A stretch of DNA of 64,000 nucleotides from an uncultured bacterium (GTDB lineage: Bacteria; Omnitrophota; Omnitrophia; Omnitrophales; Abzuiibacteriaceae): positions 32,001-96,000 of the forward strand of contig CAYLXA010000011.1 in assembly GCA_964387845.1 (NCBI GenBank), written 5' to 3'. The position numbers and the translations under genes were made by a program. This document shows positions 45,476-55,964 of this stretch, piece after piece (the stretch's first letter is position 1; each line of letters begins with the position of its first letter). Below the pieces are notes generated by a model. That model did no database searches. It worked only from the letters and a program-made list of their open reading frames with translations, and had not been told where the DNA came from.

Positions 45476-47548
45476 ATGTCAAAACGTTTAGTGATCGTCG
45501 AATCGCCCTCGAAGGCTAAAACCATCAACAAGTTTCTCGGCAAGGAATACCAGGTTGAAGCCTCTTTCGGCCACGTCCGCGATTTACCAAAAAGCAAAAT
45601 GGGTATCGAAGTTGCGGATAGTTTCAAACCGACCTACATCATTCCTTCCAAAGCGCGGAAAGTGGTAAGCCAGCTCAAAAAAGCCGCAAAAGGCAAGAAA
45701 GAAGTATTTCTCGCACCTGATCCTGACCGTGAAGGAGAGGCAATCAGCTGGCATCTGGCGACTATTCTTGAAGATGACGGCCGCGTTATCAAACGCGTCG
45801 AATTCAACGAAATTACGAAAGACGCCGTCCGGCGTGCTTTTGATCATCCGCGTGACATTAATGAAAAACTCGTGAATGCCCAGCAGGCCCGGCGCATTCT
45901 TGACCGCCTTGTCGGCTACGAGCTCAGCCCGCTTCTGTGGAAGAAAGTCCGCCGAGGTTTGAGCGCAGGCCGCGTACAGTCGGTTGCGCTGCGTTTAATT
46001 GTAGACCGCGAACGCGAAATCAAAAAGTTTGTTCCCGAAGAATATTGGTCGCTTCAGGCGAAGTTATTCACAGACCGCGAAAAAGACAAAGTTTTTACGG
46101 CCAAGCTCGACCGCATTGAAGACAAAAAAGTCGAACTCAAAAATGAAGCCGAAACTTTAAAGATCAAAAATCTTCTCGAAACTTCCGATTTTAAAATTCA
46201 TTCGATCGACAAAAAAGAACGTGTCCGCAGACCACAGGCGCCTTATACCACGAGCAAACTCCAGCAGGAAGCTTTCAACCGCCTTGGTTTTCCGGCGGCC
46301 AAGACCATGAAAGTGGCCCAAGGGTTATACGAAGGCCTTGAAATCGGCGACGAAGGAACCGTTGGTTTGATCACTTACATGAGAACAGACTCAGTGCAGG
46401 TTTCGAAAACCGCGGAAGAGGAAGTGGTTAAATTTATTCAAGACAGCTATGGAAAAGATTTCCTCCCGGAATCTCCGCGCGTCTATAAATCAAAGAAAGG
46501 CGCGCAAGAAGCGCACGAAGCAATCCGCCCCACATCCGCCGCGCGTACGCCGGAATTAATGCGCCAATATATGGATGATGACCAATTTAAGCTCTACGAC
46601 CTCATTTGGCGCAAATTCGTGGCCAGTCAGATGGCGAATGCGGTGGATTTGGTGACGTCCGTTGAAATTGTCTCGGCCGAAAAATATTTCTTCAAAGCCA
46701 GCGGCACGACCAATATATTTCAGGGATTCGGAAAAGTGTTTGAGGAAAGACAGGTAAGAAAGAAACGCAAAAGCGCGGAAGCCGAGGAACAAAAAGAAGA
46801 CGAAGAGGAAGAGCAGAGGGTGCTTCCCGAAATGCAGGAAGGCGAAAAGCTGAACCTTGAAGAACTTGTCGGTAACCAGCATTTTACGAAACCGCCTCCG
46901 CGTTTCAATGATGCGAGCCTTGTGAAAGCGCTTGAGGAAGACGGAATCGGCCGGCCGAGTACGTATGCGCCGACCATTTATACTTTGTTGTCGAGGTTTT
47001 ATGTTCAGAGAAAAGGCGGCGCATTGATGCCGACCGATTTGGGTGAAACGGTGGTGGACCTTTTGGTACAGCACTTTCCCACCGTTTTAAATTTGGAATT
47101 TACAGCACAAATGGAAGCAGAACTGGATAAGATCGAGGAAGGAGAAATCGAGTGGGAGCAGGTGTTGAAGGATTTTTACGCGCCGTTTTTGGTGGATTTG
47201 GAGAAGGCCAAGGTTGAGATGCAGAACATGAAGATCGAACCGGTCGAAACGGATCAGATCTGTGAAAAGTGCGGGCGGAAGATGGTGATCCGCTGGGGCC
47301 GTTTCGGAAAGTTTATCGCATGCCCGGGATTTCCCGAATGCCGCAACACGAAGGCAATCTCAACCGGTGTCAAATGCCCGCAGGAAAATTGCGGCGGCGA
47401 ATTGGTCAAACGCAAATCACGGCGCGGCGGTCCGTTCTACGGCTGTTCCAACTATCCGACCTGCACTTATCTGGTCAACGAGCTTCCCAAAACCGGCGAG
47501 GAGTCGGCCGAAGGAAAGGCAGCTAGCGAAGGCAATCCGACTGCTTAA
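45476..47548 (+). CDS. topA: DNA topoisomerase I with C-terminal Cys4 zinc ribbons
   Basis: The N-terminal TOPRIM segment LVIVESPSKAKTI is followed by the active-site Tyr region. The C-terminal CxxC…CxxC zinc fingers are present. 690 aa. Confidence 0.93.
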   Translation: MSKRLVIVESPSKAKTINKFLGKEYQVEASFGHVRDLPKSKMGIEVADSFKPTYIIPSKARKVVSQLKKAAKGKKEVFLAPDPDREGEAISWHLATILEDDGRVIKRVEFNEITKDAVRRAFDHPRDINEKLVNAQQARRILDRLVGYELSPLLWKKVRRGLSAGRVQSVALRLIVDREREIKKFVPEEYWSLQAKLFTDREKDKVFTAKLDRIEDKKVELKNEAETLKIKNLLETSDFKIHSIDKKERVRRPQAPYTTSKLQQEAFNRLGFPAAKTMKVAQGLYEGLEIGDEGTVGLITYMRTDSVQVSKTAEEEVVKFIQDSYGKDFLPESPRVYKSKKGAQEAHEAIRPTSAARTPELMRQYMDDDQFKLYDLIWRKFVASQMANAVDLVTSVEIVSAEKYFFKASGTTNIFQGFGKVFEERQVRKKRKSAEAEEQKEDEEEEQRVLPEMQEGEKLNLEELVGNQHFTKPPPRFNDASLVKALEEDGIGRPSTYAPTIYTLLSRFYVQRKGGALMPTDLGETVVDLLVQHFPTVLNLEFTAQMEAELDKIEEGEIEWEQVLKDFYAPFLVDLEKAKVEMQNMKIEPVETDQICEKCGRKMVIRWGRFGKFIACPGFPECRNTKAISTGVKCPQENCGGELVKRKSRRGGPFYGCSNYPTCTYLVNELPKTGEESAEGKAASEGNPTA

Positions 47549-47586
47549 ATCTGCAGGCGCTTTGCTCGGTCGGGCTGATCAAGTTC

Positions 47587-48483
47587 ATGTCTTCTAAGGA
47601 AACAAAAGAATCGTCTTTGGTAAACCGCTTTCTTCAATATTTAGAAGCCGAGCGGAACGCTTCCAGCCACACAATCAAAGACTACGGCATTGATCTCCGT
47701 GATTTTCTCATTTTCTCAAAAGAAAAAGATTTGGCTGCCCTCGATTATCTGGATGTCCGCCGCTATTTAGCGCTTCTCAAGGAAAAACAATACCAACGCA
47801 GCACTGTTGCGCGCAAGCTGGCCTGCCTCCGGTCGTTTTTTAAATTCCTCGTCCGCGAAAACATGCTCAAAGTCAATCCGGCAGTCGGTGTCGCAACGCC
47901 CAAACGCGAAAAGAAACTGCCGTCATGCCTTGAGCTTGAAGAAATCGAGCATCTTTTAGACGCGCCAAACGGCAGCAAATGGGAAGAAAAGCGCGACAAA
48001 GCTATTTTGGAAGTGCTCTATAGTTCCGGGATTCGCGTGAGTGAATTGACGGGCCTTAATCATGAAGACGTCGATCTGTTCAGCGGTATTATGAAAATCC
48101 GCGGAAAAGGGAAGAAAGAGCGGATTGTGCCGGTCGGCTCTATCGCGCTTAAATCGATTCAAGCCTACGCGGATGCGAGGCCGGCGTCAAAGAACGGAAA
48201 AAATTCGGATGCCATGTTTATTAATAAAAGCGGTACGCGGCTCACGGACCGGAGTGTCCGCCGGATTTTGATTAAGTACGCGCGCCGGATTTCGCTCACA
48301 AAAGAAATCTCGCCGCACATGCTCCGGCATTCGTTTGCGACTCACATGTTGGATCGCGGCGCCGATTTAAGAAGCGTTCAGGAACTTTTGGGCCATCAGA
48401 ATTTATCGACCACGCAAATTTATACGCATATTTCAACCAAACGGCTGCGCGAAGCGTACGACAAAGCGCATCCGCGAGCCTGA
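47587..48483 (+). CDS. Tyrosine site-specific recombinase, XerC/XerD family
   Basis: The R…HxxR…Y catalytic pattern is present (…HMLRHSFATHML…LGHQNLSTTQIYTHI). 298 aa. XerC and XerD cannot be distinguished from the sequence alone. Confidence 0.85.
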   Translation: MSSKETKESSLVNRFLQYLEAERNASSHTIKDYGIDLRDFLIFSKEKDLAALDYLDVRRYLALLKEKQYQRSTVARKLACLRSFFKFLVRENMLKVNPAVGVATPKREKKLPSCLELEEIEHLLDAPNGSKWEEKRDKAILEVLYSSGIRVSELTGLNHEDVDLFSGIMKIRGKGKKERIVPVGSIALKSIQAYADARPASKNGKNSDAMFINKSGTRLTDRSVRRILIKYARRISLTKEISPHMLRHSFATHMLDRGADLRSVQELLGHQNLSTTQIYTHISTKRLREAYDKAHPRA

Positions 48484-48487
48484 CGCG

Positions 48488-49777
48488 ATGTTGTTTCGCT
48501 TGTTGTACAAAGCAGCTCTTTGTTTATACGGTTTGGCTTACTTGCCTCATTTAATCATGCGGGCAAAGCAGGAGCCCGATCAAGGCCGCTTTTTGAAAGA
48601 ACGGCTCGGAAATTTCGCGCAGGATTTCGGCGGTGCGCCGTGGATTTGGATTCATGCCGTCAGTGTCGGTGAAGCCATGGCGCTCCGAAAATTTCTCGAA
48701 AACCTGCAGGCGCGTTTTCCGGAGTTCCGGATTTTAATTTCGACCACGACGCCGACAGGCCAGAAAATCGCGCAAGGTTTTAAAAACGAAAAAATCCGCG
48801 TGGTTTATTTTCCGCTGGATTTCCGGTCAATGATGAAACGCGCAATTGATGCGGTAAAACCGCGCATGATTGTTTTGATGGAAACCGAAATTTGGCCGCA
48901 TCTGATTGATTTGGCGCATGAACGGCGGATTCCGATCGGCATTATGAACGGACGGATTTCGGAGCGTGCTTTTAAGAAATACCGAAAGATTAAGTTCTGG
49001 ATGTCGCCCATTTGCGCCAAGCTTTCATTTTGCCTGGTACGTGAAAACGGTGACCGGGAGCGTTTTCTCGAGCTGGGAGTTTCGGTGGATAAGATTCAAG
49101 TGACGGGCAATATGAAATATGACGTTGATGCGGAATTAGATGCAGCCGCGTTGCGTGAATTTCAGACAGCGCTCGGACTTCAAAATGAATTGCTTTGGAC
49201 CTGCGGCAGTACGCATGACGGGGAAGAGGCGGTTTTGCTCGAGGTATTTTCGAAATTAAAGGAGAAATTTCCGAAGTTGAAGCTGATTTTAGCGCCGCGC
49301 CATCCGGAACGTGCACTTCAAGTATTAAATCTGGCAAAAAATGCCGGATTTCAAGCCGTGCTTTACAGCCGGAGGGAATCAGCTTTTGATGTGTTGGTGG
49401 TGGATCTTGTGGGGCTTTTGCAGAAATTTTATGCGGTATCGAATTTGGTGTTTGTCGGCGGAAGCTTGATTCCGCACGGCGGGCAAAACCCGATTGAGCC
49501 GGCTCGCGAAAGTAAGCCAGTGCTTTCCGGGCGCCATGTTCACAATTTTGAGCAAGTGTTCGAACAGTTGGAAAAATCCGGAGGTGCTGTTCTGGTTTCC
49601 GGATCGGAAGAATTATACAAGCACGCTTTATCGCTTTTAACGGATCTGCCCAGAACGAAAGAAATGGGTGAGCGTGCTTACAAAACAGTTAACGGATTAA
49701 AAGGCGCTTCGCAAAGAAATTTGCAGGCCCTCGAACCTATTTTGCGTTCAGCAGAAAAACTTGAGGTGGTTACATGA
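48488..49777 (+). CDS. waaA: 3-deoxy-D-manno-octulosonic acid (Kdo) transferase
   Basis: N-terminal WIHAVSVGE motif. GT30 fold. 429 aa. Followed by lpxK. Confidence 0.88.
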   Translation: MLFRLLYKAALCLYGLAYLPHLIMRAKQEPDQGRFLKERLGNFAQDFGGAPWIWIHAVSVGEAMALRKFLENLQARFPEFRILISTTTPTGQKIAQGFKNEKIRVVYFPLDFRSMMKRAIDAVKPRMIVLMETEIWPHLIDLAHERRIPIGIMNGRISERAFKKYRKIKFWMSPICAKLSFCLVRENGDRERFLELGVSVDKIQVTGNMKYDVDAELDAAALREFQTALGLQNELLWTCGSTHDGEEAVLLEVFSKLKEKFPKLKLILAPRHPERALQVLNLAKNAGFQAVLYSRRESAFDVLVVDLVGLLQKFYAVSNLVFVGGSLIPHGGQNPIEPARESKPVLSGRHVHNFEQVFEQLEKSGGAVLVSGSEELYKHALSLLTDLPRTKEMGERAYKTVNGLKGASQRNLQALEPILRSAEKLEVVT

Positions 49778-50808
49778 CGACAAAGAATTATTTTAAGTCA
49801 ATTATTGAAGGCAGGCGCAACGACGCCGACGCTTCGTTCTGGAAACCCTTGCTGTCACTGGCAAGCCGTTTGTACCGGACGGCGGTCGAGGCGCGCAAGT
49901 CGTTTTACGACAAAAAAGTTTTCAAATCCAAAGCGCTTCAGATTCCGGTGATCAGTATCGGAAACATCACCTGGGGCGGCGTCGGGAAAACACCGCTTAC
50001 GCAATACATCAGCCGGTTTTATTTGGACCAAAAGAAAACCCCGCTCATTTTAACGCGCGGTTACGGTAATGACGAAACGCGTGAGTTCCAGACCAAGGTT
50101 CCGGAAGCGCTTTTGGGCGTCGGTAAAAACCGTTTTGAAGTGGCCAGTCAGCTGCTCAAAAGCCAAAAAGCCGATGCTGCGATTTTAGACGACGGTTTTC
50201 AACATTACCAGCTTGCGCGCGACCTTGATATTGTGGTGATAAATGTGCTCAATCCTTTCGGAAATGAAAAACTCATTCCGCGCGGTATTTTGCGCGAACC
50301 GCTTGAAGCGCTTGACCGGGCGAATATCGTTGTATTCAACGATGTGAATTTAATTTCGCGCAAATCATTCGAATCCATCCGCGACCGCGTGAAACAACTA
50401 GCGCCGCGCGCGGAACTGATCGAAGCGCAGCATGAGCCGCTCTACTTTTATTGGGCAAAATCAAAAGCGCGCATGGACCTGAACAAGGTCAGCGGAAAGC
50501 CGGTTACGACATTCTCGGGCGTCGGAACCCCTCGGTCATTTCAGCTTTTGCTTAATTCCTTGGGCGTGAAAACCGTCCGGAATTTTGAATTTTGTGACCA
50601 TCATCCGTTTTCGGAAAAAGAGCTCCAGGAAATTCAGGAGGTCAAACGGTCAAGCCAGTCCGAGTTTGTCATCACGACCGAAAAAGACCTTCTCAGAAAA
50701 GAAGAGCTGATCACAAACATCCTAGATCCGCTGGTTTTAAAAATTTCGATGCGCATCACGGTCGGGGAATCGATTTTGCAGGACCGTTTGCGGCACATTT
50801 TGCGTTAA
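49774..50808 (+). CDS. lpxK: Tetraacyldisaccharide 4'-kinase
   Basis: P-loop ISIGNITWGGVGKTP. 344 aa. Confidence 0.88.
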   Translation: MTTKNYFKSIIEGRRNDADASFWKPLLSLASRLYRTAVEARKSFYDKKVFKSKALQIPVISIGNITWGGVGKTPLTQYISRFYLDQKKTPLILTRGYGNDETREFQTKVPEALLGVGKNRFEVASQLLKSQKADAAILDDGFQHYQLARDLDIVVINVLNPFGNEKLIPRGILREPLEALDRANIVVFNDVNLISRKSFESIRDRVKQLAPRAELIEAQHEPLYFYWAKSKARMDLNKVSGKPVTTFSGVGTPRSFQLLLNSLGVKTVRNFEFCDHHPFSEKELQEIQEVKRSSQSEFVITTEKDLLRKEELITNILDPLVLKISMRITVGESILQDRLRHILR

Positions 50809-50821
50809 AAAGGAGAAAAGC

Positions 50822-52765
50822 TTGTTCGATTCACTGGCTTATCATACGGTTAAAATTTTCGCGGGGTTTATCCAGCGCATGCCGGTCGGTTTTAATTTTT
50901 TTCTGGCCGGTATTTTGGGGAATCTCGCGTATTTATTGGATAAACGGCGCTACGTGGCTTATGCCAATCTGAAGGCCGCCTTCGGTACCGAATGGACGCC
51001 GCGTGAAATCAGGGCGATTATCCGGAAAAGCTACGTCCATTTTGCGAAAACTATGATGGAAATTCTTTATTTTCCAAAAATGGATAAAGCTTATATCGAA
51101 AAATATATTCAAATGAATAATCCCGAGTTTTATCAAGAGGGTGTCAGCGGTAAAAAAAGCACTATTTTTATGATGGCACACTTTGGCAATTGGGAGCTTG
51201 CGCAAATTTATTCCGGCATTCTAGACAAACCGCTTCATATTTTTGCGCGTGATCAAAAGCACACCCGCTTGAATGATTTTTTAAATCAACTCCGCGCCGC
51301 GCACGGCGCCCAAACCATTTCAACCTCACGGGTCCGCGAACTTATGCGGGCCATTCGGGAGAAAAGGGCCATCGGCGCTTTGGGCGATCAGGGCGGCGGG
51401 CCGGATGGAGTTATCGCGCCGCTTTTTGGGCGCAAAGCCACATTTCCGAGAGGGCTGGTTTCGCTTGCCGCGAGAATGGGAGCATCGATTGTGCCTGCTT
51501 TTATGATTCGCCAAAATGGCCCGTATCAGCTGATCCAGGTTTTTCCGCCGCTTAATTTAATTCAGACAGGCAATCAGGAAAACGATGAAATTAAGAACAA
51601 TCAGCTCTTTTTAAATCACCTGGAAAAAATGGTCCGGCAATATCCGGAACAGTGGTTATGGCAGTATAAATGGTGGAAATTTTCCAGGACCAAGAAAGTT
51701 TTGATTTTGGAAGATACGAAAGCCGGCCATGCCGCACAGGCGCGCGCGATCGGCCGGGAATTTGAGAGACTGGCCAAAGAATTGCCCGAGGGTTATGAAA
51801 TCAAAACCGAATATGTGAAGGTTGAATTTAAAAACAAACTGGCTTCGATTCTATTTTTTCTCGACTCGTTTTTCTTTTACCCTTTTGCGCAAAGCCGGCT
51901 TTGGATTATGAAATGGTATTTGAAGCCGTCTTCGTTCGAAAAAATCAAAAATGTGCATGCGGACGCCGTTGTGGCCTGCGGCTCCAAATTAACACCGGTT
52001 GCGTTATGGCTTTCGCGAGAAAATTTGGCCAAAACGGTTATCGTGATGAAACCTTCGTTCCCATACCAATTTGCGCATTTTGACCTTGTGATTTTGCCGA
52101 AGCATGACCATGCCGGGAATTTGAAGTCTCATCATATCCGGACCACGGTTGCGCCGAATCTGTCGGATATCGATCATTTGAATCACCACCGGCAGAAATT
52201 GGCGGATGTTTTGCATCTCAACGGAAAATCAAGGCTTTCGATTTTTATCGGCGGTGACTCCAAATCATACAAATTGGAGAAGTCAAAGATGGAAAATTGG
52301 CTGAATACTTTGGCCGAGCTCAGCCGGAAAAAACATATGGAGTTTATGATCACAACATCGCGCAGGACAGGCGCCGGCATTGATGCGCTTGTCCGAGAAA
52401 AAACGGCGAAAAATCCGAATTGTAAGTTGATGGTGATTGCAAACGAGAAAAATATCGAAGGCATTACTTACGGGATGCTCGCTTCTTCCGATGTGGCGGT
52501 TGTGACCGAAGACAGCGTATCGATGATTTCGGAAGCTTTGAGCGCGGGGAAGCGCGTGATTGTGCTCAAGGCCGGAAACGGCCAATTACCGCGTAAACAC
52601 CGTGAATTTCAGGAACTTTTGGCGAGCGAGGGTTTAATCGAAGTGGCAACTGCCGATGATTTTTCTGTTAAATTCGAAACTGCTCAAAAACACGGAGCAA
52701 ATACAAATTTGATCGAAGCAGAACGAAAATTAATTCGGGATGAGCTCAGAAAAATTTTAATCTAG
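50822..52765 (+). CDS. Fusion protein with an N-terminal LpxL/HtrB-type lipid A late acyltransferase domain and a C-terminal ELM1/DUF1022-like (GT-B-like) domain
   Basis: The N-terminal ~300 aa has the lysophospholipid-acyltransferase HX4D-type region (MMAHFGNWELAQ). The C-terminal ~340 aa begins VLILEDTKAGHAAQARAIG, which resembles the DUF1022 signature sDGkpGhenQ. TTG start with an AAGGAGAA RBS. Confidence 0.65.
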   Translation: MFDSLAYHTVKIFAGFIQRMPVGFNFFLAGILGNLAYLLDKRRYVAYANLKAAFGTEWTPREIRAIIRKSYVHFAKTMMEILYFPKMDKAYIEKYIQMNNPEFYQEGVSGKKSTIFMMAHFGNWELAQIYSGILDKPLHIFARDQKHTRLNDFLNQLRAAHGAQTISTSRVRELMRAIREKRAIGALGDQGGGPDGVIAPLFGRKATFPRGLVSLAARMGASIVPAFMIRQNGPYQLIQVFPPLNLIQTGNQENDEIKNNQLFLNHLEKMVRQYPEQWLWQYKWWKFSRTKKVLILEDTKAGHAAQARAIGREFERLAKELPEGYEIKTEYVKVEFKNKLASILFFLDSFFFYPFAQSRLWIMKWYLKPSSFEKIKNVHADAVVACGSKLTPVALWLSRENLAKTVIVMKPSFPYQFAHFDLVILPKHDHAGNLKSHHIRTTVAPNLSDIDHLNHHRQKLADVLHLNGKSRLSIFIGGDSKSYKLEKSKMENWLNTLAELSRKKHMEFMITTSRRTGAGIDALVREKTAKNPNCKLMVIANEKNIEGITYGMLASSDVAVVTEDSVSMISEALSAGKRVIVLKAGNGQLPRKHREFQELLASEGLIEVATADDFSVKFETAQKHGANTNLIEAERKLIRDELRKILI

Positions 52766-52775
52766 AGGAAACCTC

Positions 52776-54947
52776 ATGAGAGTACTTCAAGTATTGCCGG
52801 AACTGAATGTGGGCGGGGTTGAACGCGGCGTGATTGACCTTGCGCGCGCCATGAAAAAACACGGCGAAGAAATTCATGTGATGTCGCGGGGTGGTGCGCT
52901 TGTCCAGGAACTCGTGAAGATGGGCGTGCCGCATTATGCGCTGCCGGTTCACGATAAATCAATTTGGTCATTGCGCCTCGTGAAGGAAATCGCAAAAATC
53001 ATCGAACGTGAGCGCATCGACATCGTGCATGCCCGAAGCCGCGTGCCGGCTTGGCTTGCATATCTGGCAGCACGCCGCACGAATTGCGATTTTATTACGA
53101 CCTGCCACGGTTATTATTCGAAGCATTTTCTAAGCCGCATCATGGGCTGGGGAAAGCGCGTGATTGTAATCTCGCACAGCATCGGCCGCCGCATGATCGA
53201 TGATTTTCACGTGCCGCCCGAGCGGATCCGTCTCATCCACCGCGGCGTAGATTTAACGCAGTACACATTTTCACCCGAAAAATATCTGAAGCCGGCCGGC
53301 GAGAAATTCAAAATCGTCAACATCGGCCGCATCACGCCCATCAAAGGCCAGAAGGAGTTCATCCAGGCGATTCATCTCCTGAGCAAACAAATTCCGAATG
53401 TGGAAGCTTGGATTGTTGGTTCGGCGGATGACCGGAAAATGGAATATTTCGAAGAGCTGAAACTTTTTGTCGAACGGACCGGCATGACCAAGCACGTAAA
53501 ATTCTTGGGAACGAGGCGCGATATTCCGGAGCTTTTGCGCGAGGCCGACCTACTGGTGCTTTCCACGAAAATTCCGGAAGCATTCGGGCGCGTGATCATT
53601 GAGGCAGGGGCAGTCGGGACAGCGGTGTGCGCATCGCGAATCGGCGGCATTCTCGATATCGTTGAAGACGGCAAAAACGGGCTTCTTTTTTATCCGCTTC
53701 ACATCGAAGAAATGGTCAAAGCGATGACACAGCTGCTCAAAAACCGGAAGCAATGCTACGACTTCGCGCACAAGCTCCGCGAGAAAGTCGAGCGTGAATT
53801 CAGTCTCGAGCAAATGGTCGACAAAACACTCGAAGTTTACCGCGAAACCCGTCAGGAGCGCAGGATTTTGATTATTAAACTTGGCGCGGCAGGCGACCTG
53901 GTTTTGGCGATACCAAGTTTCCGCATGCTGAGGAAAAAATTTCCGAATGCGCACATTTCACTTTTGGTTGATTCAAAATTGACCTCGCTCGTAGAAAATT
54001 GCCCCTATATTAATGAAGTGATCGCTTATGACCGCGGCGAAAAAACAAACCGGCTGCGAAGGCTTCTGAAACTTTCGAAAAGCCTGGCTGAGCGGCGCTT
54101 TGATTTGTCGATCGACTTACAGAATAACGCCAAAACGCATTTAATCAGCTTCCTGGGCCGTATCCGCAACCGAATCGGGTACTTGAGGGGATGGAGCGGC
54201 CATTTGCTCAGCAAGCCCGTGTTAGAGCCCAAGCAGCTTTTGGCGCCGATTGAACATCAGTTCGAGCTCCTGAAACGTGTCGGAATCACACAGCTCGATA
54301 CCGAAATGGAATTGTGGCCGACGGAACAGTCGGAAAAGTTTGCGGAAGAGCAATTGAATACAAACCAGCATTCACATCAGCCGCTTGTCGGCTTTGTGAT
54401 GGGTTCAAGTCCGGGTTGGCCCACAAAACGCTGGCCGGTAGAACATTTCCGAGAGCTTGCGGAACGCATTGTGCAGGATTTAGACGGTAGAGTCGTCCTT
54501 TTGGGCGCGCCGGGCGAGGAAGGCCTTGCGGATGTATTTAAAAATCATTCTCTGGGCACAGACCGCCTCATTAATTTGATCGGAAAAACCACTTTTTCGG
54601 ATATGGCAAGCGTGATCAAGAGGTCGAATGTATTGGTATCCGGCGATAGCGCACCCATTCACATTGCGGCTGCTACGAAAACAAAACTCGTCGCCTTTTT
54701 TGGGCCCACGGAGCCTAAGCGCCATTTGCCGCCCGGTGCCGATCACGCGGTTTTGGTGCGGCGGATTCCGTGCCAGCCGTGTTACTCGGGCCATTGTAAA
54801 AACCCGGATACGTTGGAATGCCTCAAAAAAATAAAAGTAAACGAAGTATTTGAGCAAGTGAAATATCAGCTTGCATCCGCACAAAAGAGCCGCGCGAAGC
54901 ATGACGCTTCGGAAGATAAGGTCGGCACGCCGGCGGAATCCGTTTAG
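52776..54947 (+). CDS. Fusion of a GT4 (group 1) glycosyltransferase with a GT9 ADP-heptose:LPS heptosyltransferase domain
   Basis: The N-terminal ~370 aa is GT4-like, with an EX7E-type region in the second Rossmann half. The C-terminal ~350 aa starts ILIIKLGAAGDLVLAIPSF, a classic GT9 N-terminus. 723 aa. Confidence 0.75.
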   Translation: MRVLQVLPELNVGGVERGVIDLARAMKKHGEEIHVMSRGGALVQELVKMGVPHYALPVHDKSIWSLRLVKEIAKIIERERIDIVHARSRVPAWLAYLAARRTNCDFITTCHGYYSKHFLSRIMGWGKRVIVISHSIGRRMIDDFHVPPERIRLIHRGVDLTQYTFSPEKYLKPAGEKFKIVNIGRITPIKGQKEFIQAIHLLSKQIPNVEAWIVGSADDRKMEYFEELKLFVERTGMTKHVKFLGTRRDIPELLREADLLVLSTKIPEAFGRVIIEAGAVGTAVCASRIGGILDIVEDGKNGLLFYPLHIEEMVKAMTQLLKNRKQCYDFAHKLREKVEREFSLEQMVDKTLEVYRETRQERRILIIKLGAAGDLVLAIPSFRMLRKKFPNAHISLLVDSKLTSLVENCPYINEVIAYDRGEKTNRLRRLLKLSKSLAERRFDLSIDLQNNAKTHLISFLGRIRNRIGYLRGWSGHLLSKPVLEPKQLLAPIEHQFELLKRVGITQLDTEMELWPTEQSEKFAEEQLNTNQHSHQPLVGFVMGSSPGWPTKRWPVEHFRELAERIVQDLDGRVVLLGAPGEEGLADVFKNHSLGTDRLINLIGKTTFSDMASVIKRSNVLVSGDSAPIHIAAATKTKLVAFFGPTEPKRHLPPGADHAVLVRRIPCQPCYSGHCKNPDTLECLKKIKVNEVFEQVKYQLASAQKSRAKHDASEDKVGTPAESV

Positions 54948-54949
54948 CA

Positions 54950-55963
54950 ATGGTCATTATTTGCGTCCTCAAGAATTGGCTCGGCGATGTGATTTTCACA
55001 TCGCCTGCGCTCCGGACGATCCGGATGAATTATCCGGCCGCACAGATTATTTGTCTGGCGCCCAAACGCTGCTCGGATATTTTGCGGGCAAACCCCAATG
55101 TGGACGAAGTCATTTCATTTGACGAACGTAGCGAACAAAAAAGTTTATCGGAAAAATGGAAGCTGATTTTAAAGCTGAGGCGGTTTAAGCCGGATCAAGT
55201 TTATTTGTTTCACAGGTCGCTCACGCGCGCATTTTTGATGTTCCTGACCGGCGCTAAGGAGCGGATCGGGTATGCCGGCAAGCGCGGTTTTCTATTAACA
55301 AAAGCAGTTGCCGAGCCCAAAGAAAGAATGCACGCGGTTGATTATAATTTAGAGCTTTTGCGAAGAGCCGGATTTCAAGTCACGGGAGATGCTCTCTATG
55401 AATTCCGCTTTGACAAGAAAGATTTGGAAAACGCGAAAAGAATCATTACGGAAGCGGAATTGGGCCATGAACGGATTATCGCGATTCACCCGGGCGCCAA
55501 TTGGCCGCCCAAACGCTGGCCAATCGAGCATTTCCGCGCGTTGTCACTTGAGCTGACGCGCCGTTACCGGGTGTCGGTTGTGATTACGGGCGGCGCCGAT
55601 GACCGCGAAGCGGCCGAGAAAATTGCGGCTGATGCCAGTCATCCGAACATTCGGTCACTTGCCGGAAAAACAAGCTTAAAAGAGCTCGGCGCATTATTTT
55701 CACTTTGCACGCTTATGATTTCTTCCGATTCGGGGCCGCTTCATATCGCAGGCGGCGTCGGTACAAACGTGCTCGGCATTTTCGGGCCTACGAATCCTGC
55801 GCTCACCGGCCCTCGGGGCAGGGGTAAAAATGTGGTCATTCATTATGTGCCGAAAGGAATGAAATCGCCTTGGTTTGGTGACGAATTTCCTCAGTCCGGC
55901 TGGATGGAATTAATTACGGTCAATGAAGTTTTACAGACTATCGAACGGGAAAGGCTTTTGTAG
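54950..55963 (+). CDS. GT9-family heptosyltransferase (WaaC/WaaF/WaaQ-like), paralog 2
   Basis: N-terminal LGDVIFTSPALR and C-terminal DSGPLHIA motifs. 337 aa. Confidence 0.8.
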   Translation: MVIICVLKNWLGDVIFTSPALRTIRMNYPAAQIICLAPKRCSDILRANPNVDEVISFDERSEQKSLSEKWKLILKLRRFKPDQVYLFHRSLTRAFLMFLTGAKERIGYAGKRGFLLTKAVAEPKERMHAVDYNLELLRRAGFQVTGDALYEFRFDKKDLENAKRIITEAELGHERIIAIHPGANWPPKRWPIEHFRALSLELTRRYRVSVVITGGADDREAAEKIAADASHPNIRSLAGKTSLKELGALFSLCTLMISSDSGPLHIAGGVGTNVLGIFGPTNPALTGPRGRGKNVVIHYVPKGMKSPWFGDEFPQSGWMELITVNEVLQTIERERLL

Positions 55964-55964
55964 G

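Noticed and set aside
47587-48483. Tyrosine recombinase as evidence of a mobile element
   Set aside because: It is XerC/XerD-like, in the conserved dprA-topA-xer housekeeping neighbourhood. No flanking repeats, phage genes or cargo are present.
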